DNA from: Ardenticatenaceae bacterium
Lineage (GTDB): Bacteria; Chloroflexota; Anaerolineae; Promineifilales; Promineifilaceae
Assembly: GCA_020634235.1 (NCBI GenBank)
Contig: JACKCB010000001.1
Coordinates: 442,945 to 506,944, forward strand
Length of the DNA stretch: 64,000 nt
Direction: 5' to 3'
The notes under the pieces were generated by a model that did not search any database, was not told where the DNA came from, and was given only the letters and a program-made list of their open reading frames with translations. Each line of letters starts with the position of its first letter. Positions within the stretch are counted from its first letter, which is position 1. This document shows, one piece after another, positions 42,154 to 52,262 of the stretch. The position numbers and the translations under genes are program-made.

Positions 42154-43173
42154 TCAGCCAGGCGGCGGTCCCGTTGTCCCCCGTACCGTCAACCGCGTAT
42201 CCAACACGATCTCCTGCACCTCCAGACTGCCCACCGGCAGCGTAATCATCTCCTCAAACAACAACTCGCAGCCCACCACCCCCGATTCAAACAAAGGCTG
42301 GTGCACCGTTGTCAGGTGCCAGTATTCCGCTCCCTCCACATCATCAAAGCCAATCACCGACAGGCGCTCCGGGACGGCCACCCCCAAGTCACGCGCCGCC
42401 TCTAGCACACCAATCGCCTGCGTGTCGCTATACGCAAAAATCGCGGTCGGGGGATCCGCCAGGGACAGAAGCTCCCGGGCCAGCCGGCGTGCCGGCAGCC
42501 GGCCATGCTCACCCTGGCGATGATACTCAGCCCGGAATGGGATTCCCACCTCCTCCAAAGCCTGATAGTAGCCCAAAAATCGATCCCGAATCGGCATGAA
42601 ATTCAAGGCCGTCTCCAGATAATCGCTAACAAAACCGATCTTCGCGTGCCCCAGCTCAATGAGATGCCGGGTGGCGGTATACCCCCCTTCGACGTCATCA
42701 ATGCCCACGTGACTGAGCTGCGGATGGCGGGAGTCTATGAGGACTGCCGGAACCCCGGCCCGCAAAAAGCGCGCCACGTCATCGTCGTCCGGCACATGCG
42801 TAATCAACAACAAACCATCCACACGTTCCCGGCGAGGTACGTCGCGCATATAACTGTCACGACGCACCACCGTGTCGGCATTAAATAGAATTAGGTCATA
42901 ATCACGGGCTGACAAGATGGATTCCACCCCACGCAGCCGCTCCACGTAGGAGGGGTTGGTGAAGAAAGGCAGAATGACGCCGATGGTCATTGTCTTGCCC
43001 AGCGATAGGCGTCTGGCAACCAGGCTTGGCGAAAAATCCAACGCCTCAATAGCGGCCAACACCTTGCGGCGGGTCGGGTCGCTTACAGATTCACTGTTAT
43101 TGATCACCCTGGAGACGGTGCCAATGCCAACGCCGGCCTTTTTGGCAACGTCGCGAATGGTTACGGTAGCCAT
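42154..43173 (-). CDS. LacI family transcriptional regulator
   Basis: N-terminal HTH MATVTIRDVAKKAGVGIGTVSRVINN; periplasmic-binding-protein-like C-terminal domain. Confidence 0.9.
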   Translation of the reverse strand: MATVTIRDVAKKAGVGIGTVSRVINNSESVSDPTRRKVLAAIEALDFSPSLVARRLSLGKTMTIGVILPFFTNPSYVERLRGVESILSARDYDLILFNADTVVRRDSYMRDVPRRERVDGLLLITHVPDDDDVARFLRAGVPAVLIDSRHPQLSHVGIDDVEGGYTATRHLIELGHAKIGFVSDYLETALNFMPIRDRFLGYYQALEEVGIPFRAEYHRQGEHGRLPARRLARELLSLADPPTAIFAYSDTQAIGVLEAARDLGVAVPERLSVIGFDDVEGAEYWHLTTVHQPLFESGVVGCELLFEEMITLPVGSLEVQEIVLDTRLTVRGTTGPPPG

Positions 43174-43226
43174 TTTCAATTACGTTGGGCTTTGTTAACT
43201 GGCAACGAGTGGTTACAATTGTGACA

Positions 43227-43242
43227 TTGGAACCGGTTCCAA
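43227..43242. promoter_or_regulatory. candidate LacI-family operator (perfect 16-bp palindrome TTGGAACCGGTTCCAA)
   Basis: Perfect palindrome with a central CG, in the divergent lacI / alpha-glucosidase intergenic region. It lies 54 bp upstream of the lacI start and 135 bp upstream of the glucosidase start. Confidence 0.45.
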
Positions 43243-43376
43243 ACTGTTGATACTATACATGAGGCTTGGTGGGCTGTCAAGACTCTGGCTGTGATTTCGC
43301 GGCTGGCAACGCACCGCCGGTCTGGTTCCCGGCCGGGTTTGGCACCACCCCCAAACGCCTCCCAGGAGCAGAAAAA

Positions 43377-44969
43377 ATGACCCATTGGTGGCAGTCTGGC
43401 ATTGTGTACCAGATATATCCCCGCAGTTTCCAAGACAGCAACGGCGATGGCATCGGCGATCTGCCCGGCATCCGCCAGCGCCTGGACTACCTGCACTGGC
43501 TGGGCGTCAACGCCATCTGGATCTCGCCCGTCTACCCCTCGCCGATGGCCGATTTTGGCTACGACGTCAGCGACTACCGGGCCATCCACCCCCTCTTCGG
43601 CAGCCTGGCCGACATGGACAGCCTGATCGCCGCCGCCCATCAGCGACAGATCAAGGTCATCCTGGACTTTGTTCCCAACCACACCTCCGACCAGCATCCC
43701 TGGTTCCTGGCCTCACGCAGCGCCCGTGACAACCCCAGGCGAGATTGGTACATCTGGCGTGATGCCGCGCCCGACGGCGGGCCGCCTAACAACTGGCTCA
43801 GCCGCTTCGACGGCAAGGCCGGCTGGACCTGGGATGCGCCAACCGGGCAGTATTATCTGCACACCTTCCTGAAGGAACAGCCGGACCTGAACTGGCGCAA
43901 TCCTGAGCTGCGCCAGGCCATGCTAGACGTGATGCGCTTCTGGTTCGACAGAGGGGTTGATGGCTTCCGCGTGGATGTCGCCTACCGGGTTCTGAAGGAC
44001 GCGCAGTTCCGTAACAATCCGCCCAATCCCAATTGGCAACCGGGGATGGATCCGTTTCACCGCTTAATCGACAAGTACAACCGCAATATCCCGGAAATCC
44101 ACCAGTTTAACCGCTGGCTGCGCCAGGTGGCGGATGCGTACCCCGGCCGGGTCCTCATTGGCGAGATCAACCTGCCCCTACCCCAACTGGTACAGCATTA
44201 TGGCCAGGGGGATGAGTTCCACCTACCCTTCAACTTCAGCCTCATCCACACTGCCTGGACCGCCACCGCGGTGCGCGCTCTGGCCGACCAGTACGAAGGG
44301 CTGCTGGCTGCGTCTGCCGCCTGGCCCAACTGGGTGCTGGGCAACCACGATCAGCATCGCGTGGCCACGCGCCTTGGCCCGGCGCAGGCCCGGACAGCGA
44401 TGCTGCTGCTGCTAACGCTGCGCGGCACCCCCACCCTCTACTACGGGGATGAGCTGGGCATGGCCGATGTGCCGATCCCGCCGGACCAGGTGCAGGACCC
44501 ATGGGAGCTGTATGTGCCCGGCCAGGGACTGGGGCGCGACCCGGAGCGCACGCCGATGCAGTGGGACGGTTCAGCCAACGCCGGTTTTTGCCCGGCCGGG
44601 GTCACCCCCTGGCTGCCCCTGGCCAACAATTACGAGACAGTCAACGTGGCCCGGCAGCAAAACGAGCCGGCCTCCATGCTGGCCCTGAGCCAGGCGCTCA
44701 TTCACCTGCGCCAGCGCACGCCGGCCCTAAACCAGGGCAGCTACCAGTCGCTAGACACCCCGGCCGGGCTGCTGGCCTACCTGCGCCGCCACGACGAAGA
44801 AAGCTACCTGGTGGTCCTGAATTTTACGGCTGACGTGTGCCACTGGCAGCTCCCGGCCGGGGTTACCCCGCAGGCCATCCTCCTCTCCACCCACATGGAC
44901 CAGCCCACTGCCCTGGCCGGCAGCAGCCTACACCTGCGCCCAAATGAAGGGCTGGTGCTGCGAATCTAA
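43377..44969 (+). CDS. GH13 alpha-glucosidase / oligo-1,6-glucosidase
   Basis: WWQSGIVYQIYPRSFQDSNGDGIGDL N-terminus; [14 protein letters not shown]; GFRVDVAY (nucleophile region); GEINLP; AGGAG SD before ATG at 43377. Confidence 0.85.
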   Translation: MTHWWQSGIVYQIYPRSFQDSNGDGIGDLPGIRQRLDYLHWLGVNAIWISPVYPSPMADFGYDVSDYRAIHPLFGSLADMDSLIAAAHQRQIKVILDFVPNHTSDQHPWFLASRSARDNPRRDWYIWRDAAPDGGPPNNWLSRFDGKAGWTWDAPTGQYYLHTFLKEQPDLNWRNPELRQAMLDVMRFWFDRGVDGFRVDVAYRVLKDAQFRNNPPNPNWQPGMDPFHRLIDKYNRNIPEIHQFNRWLRQVADAYPGRVLIGEINLPLPQLVQHYGQGDEFHLPFNFSLIHTAWTATAVRALADQYEGLLAASAAWPNWVLGNHDQHRVATRLGPAQARTAMLLLLTLRGTPTLYYGDELGMADVPIPPDQVQDPWELYVPGQGLGRDPERTPMQWDGSANAGFCPAGVTPWLPLANNYETVNVARQQNEPASMLALSQALIHLRQRTPALNQGSYQSLDTPAGLLAYLRRHDEESYLVVLNFTADVCHWQLPAGVTPQAILLSTHMDQPTALAGSSLHLRPNEGLVLRI

Positions 44970-45007
44970 CATCTGCTGGCGGAAATGAGGGGGGATGGCG
45001 ACAGCGG

Positions 45008-46486
45008 TCAGGCGCGCGACTCTTGCAGCAGGGCGGCGGCGCGACGGCGGATGCCGGCCAGGCGGGCCGGATCGGCCATAAGCGCCTCGTGCAGCCGGGT
45101 CGTACGCGCCGCCAGCTCCGGATCATGGAAGGAGAAAGCGATGTTTTGCACCTGGTTCAGGCGAGCCAACTGCCCGGCCGGGGTCATCTCCTCCACCCGC
45201 AGTGGCCGCCCCGCCCCCCAATCAATGTGCACAATCTCCCCATCGTTGTCACGGCGCACAAAGTTGGCCGAATGCCAATCACCATTCTCTACGCCAATCG
45301 CTTCCGCCACCTGCTGGTGCAGCACAAACAACTCATAGAGCTGCGGCGTGAGAAAAGCGGGGTCCTCCAGCACCAACTGCTGCACCGTCTTGCCCACCAC
45401 AAACGGTTCAATGGTCATGCCCAACAGCGTAGACAGGCGTAGCGGGTGGCGAAAGGTGCGATGCAGGCGCGGGATGAGGTTTTGCTCAATGAGCAGGCGG
45501 ATCCGGCCGCGCGGCGTCACCACCGATTTGTCGTGCGTGAGATAGGGCCAGTTTTCCGGCTGCCCGGCCACGGTCTGCGCCCCCAGGGCGATTTCGTGGA
45601 AGGGTTCGGGGCCAGGCTGCTTCACCACCACCCCCAACTCCGGCGCAATCAGCACCGTGCTGCGCCGGTGACGCCCCACAATGTATTCCCCTTTCAACAG
45701 CAGCAGCAGGCCGCTGCCGGCCACCTGCTGCTCCTGCCAGGCACAAATAGCGTCCGCCAGGGCGAAGTCTTGCCGGGCCAGAGCGTCGCGCCGGGCCAGT
45801 TCCAGGCGCACCAGCCAACCCATCAGCTCATCCAGCAGCAGGTCGTCCGGAATGGGCGGCTCCTGCCCATAGGCAAACTGCTGGCCGGTAGCGATATGCA
45901 CGTACAGCATTTCGATGTAGTTGGTGCAGTTGCTGAGCGTCTCTTGGGTCAGTTTCCCGGCCGGGATGCCCGGCCGGTAAAAGTGCAACCGCTGCAAGGC
46001 GCGCACAAACCCGGCCGGGTCCACTTCTATCTCATCTTGCAGCCGGGCGGCCACCTGGGCCGCATTGGCCCCAAAGTAACGCACTTTGCTGCCATAATGG
46101 GCCAGGGTAACCGCATGGTCCAACAGCGGGTCCACGTCCCGGCCGGGGTGCCAGCCCATCACCCCAAAGTAGATGGCCAACCACCCCCCCAAATTGCGCG
46201 TCAGGAATTCCGGCTCCGCCAGCAGCTCAGTTGGCACCAGGCGGTCGGTGTAGGTCTCCACCAAATGGTTTTGCGGCTTCTCTATGGCCAGCAGGTCGCC
46301 GGTGGTGGGCTGCGCCAGACCAACCAGCCGCTGCCGCCAGCGCGCTTCCGCCGCCAGCGTCGGTCGCTGGCCGAAGATTGTCACCCTGGCCCCCCGAGGC
46401 TGCGCGGTGGGCGGAAGCATAAATTGTGTGATACCCGGCCGGGCTAAGGGAATCGCCACAACCGCGAATTGCACGCCATCTACCAT
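45008..46486 (-). CDS. hypothetical protein with C-terminal phosphotransferase/protein-kinase-like fold motifs
   Basis: C-terminal GDWHSANF ... IVHIDWGAG resembles the HGDxHxxN catalytic loop and DFG-like motif of APH/ChoK-type kinases; the N-terminal region is unassigned. Confidence 0.45.
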   Translation of the reverse strand: MVDGVQFAVVAIPLARPGITQFMLPPTAQPRGARVTIFGQRPTLAAEARWRQRLVGLAQPTTGDLLAIEKPQNHLVETYTDRLVPTELLAEPEFLTRNLGGWLAIYFGVMGWHPGRDVDPLLDHAVTLAHYGSKVRYFGANAAQVAARLQDEIEVDPAGFVRALQRLHFYRPGIPAGKLTQETLSNCTNYIEMLYVHIATGQQFAYGQEPPIPDDLLLDELMGWLVRLELARRDALARQDFALADAICAWQEQQVAGSGLLLLLKGEYIVGRHRRSTVLIAPELGVVVKQPGPEPFHEIALGAQTVAGQPENWPYLTHDKSVVTPRGRIRLLIEQNLIPRLHRTFRHPLRLSTLLGMTIEPFVVGKTVQQLVLEDPAFLTPQLYELFVLHQQVAEAIGVENGDWHSANFVRRDNDGEIVHIDWGAGRPLRVEEMTPAGQLARLNQVQNIAFSFHDPELAARTTRLHEALMADPARLAGIRRRAAALLQESRA

Positions 46487-46623
46487 CTCGTCAACCTAAC
46501 ATCACCTGGTGGGGTCATCAAACCCCAACCGCCAGACACACCCCACAAAACCAAACAACACATTCCTATCCCGCGATAGTAACCGCGTAGCCCTGTGTCG
46601 TCAACACCAGATTTGCCGCCAAC

Positions 46624-47244
46624 TCAAGTCATCTTCATGATCACCGAACCCAACGTATTCGCCGCCTCATCAGCCCGGTCCGCTGCATTGCTCACATGGC
46701 GATACACCTCACGCAGCCGCAGCATCTCCATAACGTGATGCACATCCTCCGGCCCGGAGAACAGCTCGGCAATCGCCTCCCGGTATACCCGTTCCACCTG
46801 GTTCTCGCGGTGCTTAATGCGCCGCGAATGATCCAGCGCCACCAGCGGATTCCGGTCCAGCCGTTCCATTGCCAGCAACAGTTCATCTGCCGCCTCCAGC
46901 AAACGAGCCACCATCTCCACCAGATGCTCATCCGGCTTTACCCCTAACATCCTCAGTTCCAAGACTGTCGTATGAGCATAGTCAAGCACATCGTCCAGGT
47001 ACAGCGAAAGATCGTAAATGTCTTCGCGGTCGAACGGCGTCACAAACGTCTTGTGCAATTCGTCAATCAGAATCCGGCGCAGTTCATCGCCCTGCTTCTC
47101 AATCTCGCCAACCTGTTCGGCAGCTACCTCGTTACCGGTCGACACAAAATCCAGCAAGGCCATAATACCAGCCTTGGTCGCCTGCGCCTGCTGCACCAAC
47201 AGCCGGATAAAAACGTTGTCCGCTTTGCGCTTAAAGATTCCCAT
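46624..47244 (-). CDS. DUF47 family protein (PhoU-like phosphate transport regulator, TIGR00153)
   Basis: All-helical about-205-aa protein with the conserved DUF47 pattern (FDREDIYDL ... VDHSRRIKHREN). Adjacent to the PiT transporter, the canonical pairing. Confidence 0.8.
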   Translation of the reverse strand: MGIFKRKADNVFIRLLVQQAQATKAGIMALLDFVSTGNEVAAEQVGEIEKQGDELRRILIDELHKTFVTPFDREDIYDLSLYLDDVLDYAHTTVLELRMLGVKPDEHLVEMVARLLEAADELLLAMERLDRNPLVALDHSRRIKHRENQVERVYREAIAELFSGPEDVHHVMEMLRLREVYRHVSNAADRADEAANTLGSVIMKMT

Positions 47245-47267
47245 CATCACCTCCTGGCGTTATCCCA

Positions 47268-48263
47268 TCAAGGCCCCAAAATTGGCCGCAGCAAACTGTA
47301 GCAGGCAGCGGCCAGGACCGTGGTGGCCGGAATGGTAACCAACCAGGCCACACCGATATCGGTCAGGTTCGACCAACGAACCTGGCTCTTGCGCTCGGCT
47401 GCCCCTACTCCCACAATGGCCGAGCTAACAACGTGGGTTGTGCTAACCGGGCCGCCCAACAGAGACGCACCCAGGATAATCACCGACGATGAAAGCTGCG
47501 AGGCCAGGCTGTGAATGGGGCGAATGCGATAAAACTTGCCGCCCAGTGTCCGAATGATACGCCAGCCGCCCAACGCCGTCCCCAGGCCAATGGCCGTGGC
47601 ACTGGCCAGGATAACCCACAGCGGCACGGCAAAATGGGTCTGGAAGCCCATAGTGACCAGCCCCAGAGTGATAATGCCCATGGTCTTCTGCGCGTCGTTG
47701 GTCCCGTGAGACAACGCCAGGGCAGTAGCCGTTACCAACTGCATGCGGTTAAAGGTCAGGTTGATCTTGGGCGATGCCCCACGGGCCAGAAATAGAATGA
47801 TTTGCAGCAGCAGCCAGCCAACCACAAAACCAAGGATGGGGGAGAGAAACAGGGCAATGGCCACCTTTTCCAACCCTTCCGGCCGGAGCGTTGCCTGGCC
47901 GCCAAACGCCAGCGCGCCCCCCACCAGCCCACCGGCCAGGGCATGGGAGGAGCTAGAGGGAATGCCAAACCACCAGGTTACAAGATTCCAGATGGAAGCC
48001 GAGGCCAACGCCGCCATGACCACGGTAATGGTCACCGCTTCCGGCTCCACAATTTCGCTGCCGACAGTAGTGGCCACGGCCACGCCGAACAGCAGCGGCC
48101 CCACCAGGTTGGAGACGGCGGCCAGGGTCAGGGCCGCCCGCGGGGACAGGGCGCGGGAAGCGATCATCGTGGCCACTACGTTGGCCGCGTCGTGAAAGCC
48201 ATTAAGGAAATCGAAGGTGAGGGCCAGCAGCAGCAAGGCCCCAAAGAGCAAGGTCTCGTTCAT
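47268..48263 (-). CDS. pit: inorganic phosphate transporter, PiT family
   Basis: N-terminal signature LNGFHDAANVVATMIASRALSP and repeated GANDxxN-like motif (HGTNDAQKTMG). ATG MNETLLFG chosen; the ORF-track extension to 48599 is rejected. Confidence 0.9.
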   Translation of the reverse strand: MNETLLFGALLLLALTFDFLNGFHDAANVVATMIASRALSPRAALTLAAVSNLVGPLLFGVAVATTVGSEIVEPEAVTITVVMAALASASIWNLVTWWFGIPSSSSHALAGGLVGGALAFGGQATLRPEGLEKVAIALFLSPILGFVVGWLLLQIILFLARGASPKINLTFNRMQLVTATALALSHGTNDAQKTMGIITLGLVTMGFQTHFAVPLWVILASATAIGLGTALGGWRIIRTLGGKFYRIRPIHSLASQLSSSVIILGASLLGGPVSTTHVVSSAIVGVGAAERKSQVRWSNLTDIGVAWLVTIPATTVLAAACYSLLRPILGP

Positions 48264-48277
48264 GGGTTCATGGCCAG

Positions 48278-48318
48278 AAAAAAAAGCCCGGCCGGGTGCT
48301 GGCCAGCACCCGGCCGGG
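48278..48318 (-). terminator. rho-independent terminator built from two copies of the CCCGGCCGGG palindrome
   Basis: On the minus strand: GAGTATCCCGGCCGGGTGCTGGCCAGCACCCGGCCGGGC followed by T8. The palindrome (48287-48318) is perfect over 32 bp. It lies 22 nt after the mutase stop, and its T-run ends 14 nt before the pit ATG. Confidence 0.7.
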
Positions 48319-48339
48319 ATACTCAACGTCGCACCAAAA

Positions 48340-50022
48340 CTAGATCCAGGTCGGCTCCTCATACACCCCAAACACCTGGCGAAACACATCCGTAATCTCC
48401 CCCAGCGTGGCATACGCCCGCACCGCCTCCAGAATATAAGGCATCGTATTCTCCGTGCCCTGGGCAGCGTGCCGCAGCGCTTGCAGCGTCTCCCCCACCC
48501 GCACATTGTCCCGCGTCTGGCGCAGCGCTGCCAGGCGCGCCACCTGCCGCTCATACCCCTGCGGGTCCATAGCCAGGATCGGAATACGCAGCACCTCATC
48601 GGGGTCGGCGTACTGATTCACGCCCACAATAACCGCATCCTGCGCGTCCACCCGGCGCTGGAATTCATAGGCCGCATTGGCAATCTCGCTCTGGTAAAAG
48701 CCCTTCTCAATGGCCGGCAGCACGCCGCCCAAGGCCTCCACTTGCTGCCAATAGGCATACACCTGCCGCTCAATCCGGTTTGTCTCATGCTCCACAAAAA
48801 AGGAGCCAGCCAGCGGATCGATGGTGTTCACCACGCCGCTCTCTTCGGCAATGATCTGCTGCGTGCGCAGGGCAACAGTCACCGCATGTTCGCTGGGCAG
48901 GGCCAGCGCCTCATCCATGCTGTTGGTGTGCAGGCTTTGCGTGCCGCCCAGCACCGCCGCCAGCGCCTGCAAGGCCACACGCACAATGTTGTTCTCCGGC
49001 TGCTGCGCCGTCAGCGAGACCCCGGCCGTTTGCGTATGGAAGCGGCACAGCCAGGAGCGCGGATTCTTCGCCCCAAAAGTCTCGCGCATCTCCCGCGCCC
49101 AAATACGGCGCGCGGCGCGGAACTTGGCAATCTCCTCAAAAAAGTCATTGTGGCAGTTGAAGAACAGGCTCAGCCGCGGCGCAAAGTCGTCGATATCCAG
49201 GCCGCGCGCCAGCGACCAACGTACATACTCCAACCCGTTGCCCAGCGTAAAGGCCAACTCTTGCGCCGCCGTCGAGCCGGCCTCGCGAATGTGATAGCCG
49301 CTGATGGAAACGGTGTTCCAGGCCGGCATATGCTGCGTGCCAAACGCAATTGTATCCACCACCAGGCGCATCGATGGCTCGGGTGGGAAGATGTACTCCT
49401 TTTGCGCCACGTATTCCTTCAGAATATCGTTTTGCAGCGTCCCACGCAGCACCTCCATCGGTACGCCCTGCTTCTCAGCCGCGGCAATGTACATGGCCCA
49501 GATGATGGCCGCCGGGCTGTTGATAGTCATGCTGGTGCTAACCTTGTCCAGGGGGATGCCCTGAAACAGGATTTCCATGTCCTTCAGGCTGCTGATGGCC
49601 ACTCCGCAGGTGCCGAACTCGCCCAGGGCTTCCGGTGCATCGGTGTCATAGCCCATCAGCGTAGGCAGGTCGAAGGCCACCGAGAGTCCCATGTTGCCCT
49701 GGTCCAGCAGATATTTGTAGCGGGCATTGGTCTCTTCGGCGGTGCCGAAGCCGGCAAACATGCGCATGGTCCACAGCTTCCCCCGGTGCATCGTGGCATG
49801 AACACCGCGCGTGTAGGGGTAATCACCGGGATAGCCAATGTCCTGCATGTAGTCGAGGCCGGCCACGTCCAGCGGGGTATACAGTCGCCGGATCGGCTCG
49901 TTGGAGAGGGTGACAAATTGCTCGCGCCGCTCCGGGAAGCGGGCCGTAGTCTGGTGCAATGTGGTCTCTTCCCAGCGGTCTTTTTCTTCGGCCAGTTCAG
50001 CCAGCTTTTGCTTATCGTACAT
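48340..50022 (-). CDS. methylmalonyl-CoA mutase family, large catalytic (substrate-binding) subunit without fused B12-binding domain
   Basis: TIM-barrel mutase motifs ([40 protein letters not shown]). About 560 aa with no C-terminal cobalamin-binding domain. The GGAG SD favours ATG at 50022. Confidence 0.8.
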   Translation of the reverse strand: MYDKQKLAELAEEKDRWEETTLHQTTARFPERREQFVTLSNEPIRRLYTPLDVAGLDYMQDIGYPGDYPYTRGVHATMHRGKLWTMRMFAGFGTAEETNARYKYLLDQGNMGLSVAFDLPTLMGYDTDAPEALGEFGTCGVAISSLKDMEILFQGIPLDKVSTSMTINSPAAIIWAMYIAAAEKQGVPMEVLRGTLQNDILKEYVAQKEYIFPPEPSMRLVVDTIAFGTQHMPAWNTVSISGYHIREAGSTAAQELAFTLGNGLEYVRWSLARGLDIDDFAPRLSLFFNCHNDFFEEIAKFRAARRIWAREMRETFGAKNPRSWLCRFHTQTAGVSLTAQQPENNIVRVALQALAAVLGGTQSLHTNSMDEALALPSEHAVTVALRTQQIIAEESGVVNTIDPLAGSFFVEHETNRIERQVYAYWQQVEALGGVLPAIEKGFYQSEIANAAYEFQRRVDAQDAVIVGVNQYADPDEVLRIPILAMDPQGYERQVARLAALRQTRDNVRVGETLQALRHAAQGTENTMPYILEAVRAYATLGEITDVFRQVFGVYEEPTWI

Positions 50023-50262
50023 GGATGCCAACTCCTGTCGCGCACGTGTGGTTTGTGGGGACCCCGGCCGGGGCCATCTGCAATAGCCAAACGCCTCAAT
50101 GTGGAAATGGGTGGGTTATGGGTTCCTGCGTTCCGCACTATTGCTCCATTATACTCAGGGCAGAGATGATTTGCGAGACGGAACGACGGCCAATCGTGGG
50201 ACGACCGTATTTGCTCCGGGCATACCCATCGGCTAGAATGCCAAGCGCACACAGGTAACCTA

Positions 50263-51867
50263 TTGGTCGAACCCAGCGAAAATGTCGAGGAACTCCCTCC
50301 TTTGGCCGGCACCCGGCCGGGGTCAGACAGCGACAGTGGCAGCGCCATTATCCGGGCCGCCGCCATCCTGGCCATCGGCAATGTAGCCCAGCGCATCCTG
50401 GGCATGGCCCGCGAGATAGTCAAGGCCAACCTGTTCGGCTCCTCCGGCCTCCTGAGCGCCTTCGAAATCGCCACCTACGTCCCCAGCAACCTCTTCGAAC
50501 TCATCATCGGCGGCATGGTCAACTCCTCCCTGGTGCCTGTATTCAGTGACTACGCAGCCAGGGAACAGCGCCGGGCGTTGTGGGCCATCGTCAGCACCAC
50601 CCTCAGCGTAGCCACAGTGGTCTTGCTGCTGGTGGTAATGGTGGCCGAGCTGTTTGCGCCGCAAATTGCCGCCCTGCTAGGAGCCGGCAACTTCCAGGAC
50701 CCCGCCCTGACCGAGGTGACCATCCGCCTGATGCGCCTGGCTACGCCGGCGGTGCTCTTTCTGAGCCTCTCCAGCATTCTCACCGGCGTGCTCTATGCCC
50801 TGAAGCGCTTCACGCTGCCGGCCTTCACCGCGGCCGTGTTCAACGGCACAATTGTGGTGGTGGCCCTGGCCCGGCCGGGGTACATCGACAGCCTGGTGTG
50901 GGGGCTGCTGGCCGGATCTATCCTGCAAATCCTGGTGCAGTTGCCCGGCCTGCGCGACGCGCGCCTGCGCTGGAACCTGGACTGGCGCAATCCCATCATC
51001 CGTCGCATCCTGCGCCTGTATGCCCCCATCGTCATCGGGCTGGTCATTACCCAGGCCGGGCTGGCCATCAGCATCAATCTGGCCACCCGCACCGGCGACC
51101 AGAGCCTGACCTACATGCGCTACGCCACCACCCTGTACCAGTTTCCACTGGGGCTGGTGGTTACGGCGCTGTCCATCGCCACCCTACCCACCCTCTCGCA
51201 GCAGGCCAACGGCTACCTGGCCGGCTTCAAACAAACGCTCGCCGAAGGCATCCGCCTGGTGGTCGTACTCATTCTGCCGGCCACGGCCGGGCTGCTGGCC
51301 CTGGCCCTGCCCATCGTCGTCCTGCTCTTTGAGCATGGCCGCTTCACCACCACCGATTCCGCAGTAACGGCCACCGTCCTGCGCTTCTACCTGTTTGGGC
51401 TGCCCTTTGCCGCCATCGACCAGATGCTGGTCTTTGGCTCGTACGCCCGCAAAGATACCTTCCGGCCGGCGCTGGTAGGCGTCATCAGCATCGTCATCTA
51501 CGTGCTCGTCGCCAGCCTGCTGCTGCGCCCATTTGGCCTGCTCAGCCTGATGATCGCCGACGCCATCAAACACATGGTACACACGGCCCTGATGATCTTC
51601 GTCCTGCGGCAGCAAGGAGTCAACCTGGCAGGTCACAACATCCTGCGCACCATTGCCAAATCGATAGTGGCCGCCCTGGCCACCGGTGCCGCGGCTTATG
51701 GTGCGGCCAACCTGGTAACCAGCCTCTTGGGCAGCGCCACCTTCCCGCAGCGGCTGGCGGTGGTCATGGTCGCCGGGCTGGCGGGGGTACTTGCTTTTGC
51801 GGCCGCGGTGCTGCTGCTGGACATTCAGGAAGCAAAATCCATGCGCCATCTGCTGCGCCGCCACTAG
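50263..51867 (+). CDS. murJ: lipid II flippase MurJ/MviN
   Basis: N-terminus ...AQRILGMAREIVKANLFGSSG aligns with the MurJ signature (SRVLGFARD..FGA); 14 TM. Start is uncertain: TTG at 50263 or TTG at 50302 (with GAGGAA). Confidence 0.8.
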   Translation: MVEPSENVEELPPLAGTRPGSDSDSGSAIIRAAAILAIGNVAQRILGMAREIVKANLFGSSGLLSAFEIATYVPSNLFELIIGGMVNSSLVPVFSDYAAREQRRALWAIVSTTLSVATVVLLLVVMVAELFAPQIAALLGAGNFQDPALTEVTIRLMRLATPAVLFLSLSSILTGVLYALKRFTLPAFTAAVFNGTIVVVALARPGYIDSLVWGLLAGSILQILVQLPGLRDARLRWNLDWRNPIIRRILRLYAPIVIGLVITQAGLAISINLATRTGDQSLTYMRYATTLYQFPLGLVVTALSIATLPTLSQQANGYLAGFKQTLAEGIRLVVVLILPATAGLLALALPIVVLLFEHGRFTTTDSAVTATVLRFYLFGLPFAAIDQMLVFGSYARKDTFRPALVGVISIVIYVLVASLLLRPFGLLSLMIADAIKHMVHTALMIFVLRQQGVNLAGHNILRTIAKSIVAALATGAAAYGAANLVTSLLGSATFPQRLAVVMVAGLAGVLAFAAAVLLLDIQEAKSMRHLLRRH

Positions 51868-51990
51868 GTGAGTGTCTAAAAACAACTTCCCCTTTTTGTT
51901 TGTAGTAACCGCTTTAGCGGTCTGGGCGGCTGAAGCCGCTACTACGAACTAATTTCTGGACGCTTACCAGAGTTGCGGCCGGCCTCCTAT

Positions 51991-52088
51991 GAAAATGGAG
52001 CGCGGACGGCTCGTCCGCCCTTTGCGGCTTGGCAAACCGCGCTCCATATTTTCATTCATTTGCTGGTGCGCCGTAGGCGCGTGGTGTC
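51991..52088. repeat. inverted partial copy of the 37.8-kb structured repeat
   Basis: AAAATGGAGCGCGGACGGCTCGTCCGCCCTTTGCGG...CGCGCTCCATATTTTCATTCATTTGCTGGTGCGCCGTAGGCGCGTGGTGTC is near-identical to the reverse complement of 37893-37998. It lies about 175 nt upstream of the FHA-domain gene. Confidence 0.7.
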
Positions 52089-52262
52089 TCTTCTGACACG
52101 CAGGGTGGCGCGGTTCTGCCGGAACCGGGCGCTGCACCGGCAACCGGGCTGGCCGGCAATGTTTGTTTGGCGAAACGCTGGAATGCGCAAGCCGCTTGTA
52201 AACAGCCTCAAATCGTGTAAAATGTCATAGAAACCAATCATTTTCTAAAGAGGGATTCTGGC

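Noticed and set aside
47268-48599. Long N-terminal extension of the PiT ORF ([15 protein letters not shown]...)
   Set aside because: The extension is Cys/Arg/Trp-rich junk and would read through the mutase terminator hairpin. The conserved PiT N-terminus begins at MNETLLFG (ATG at 48263).
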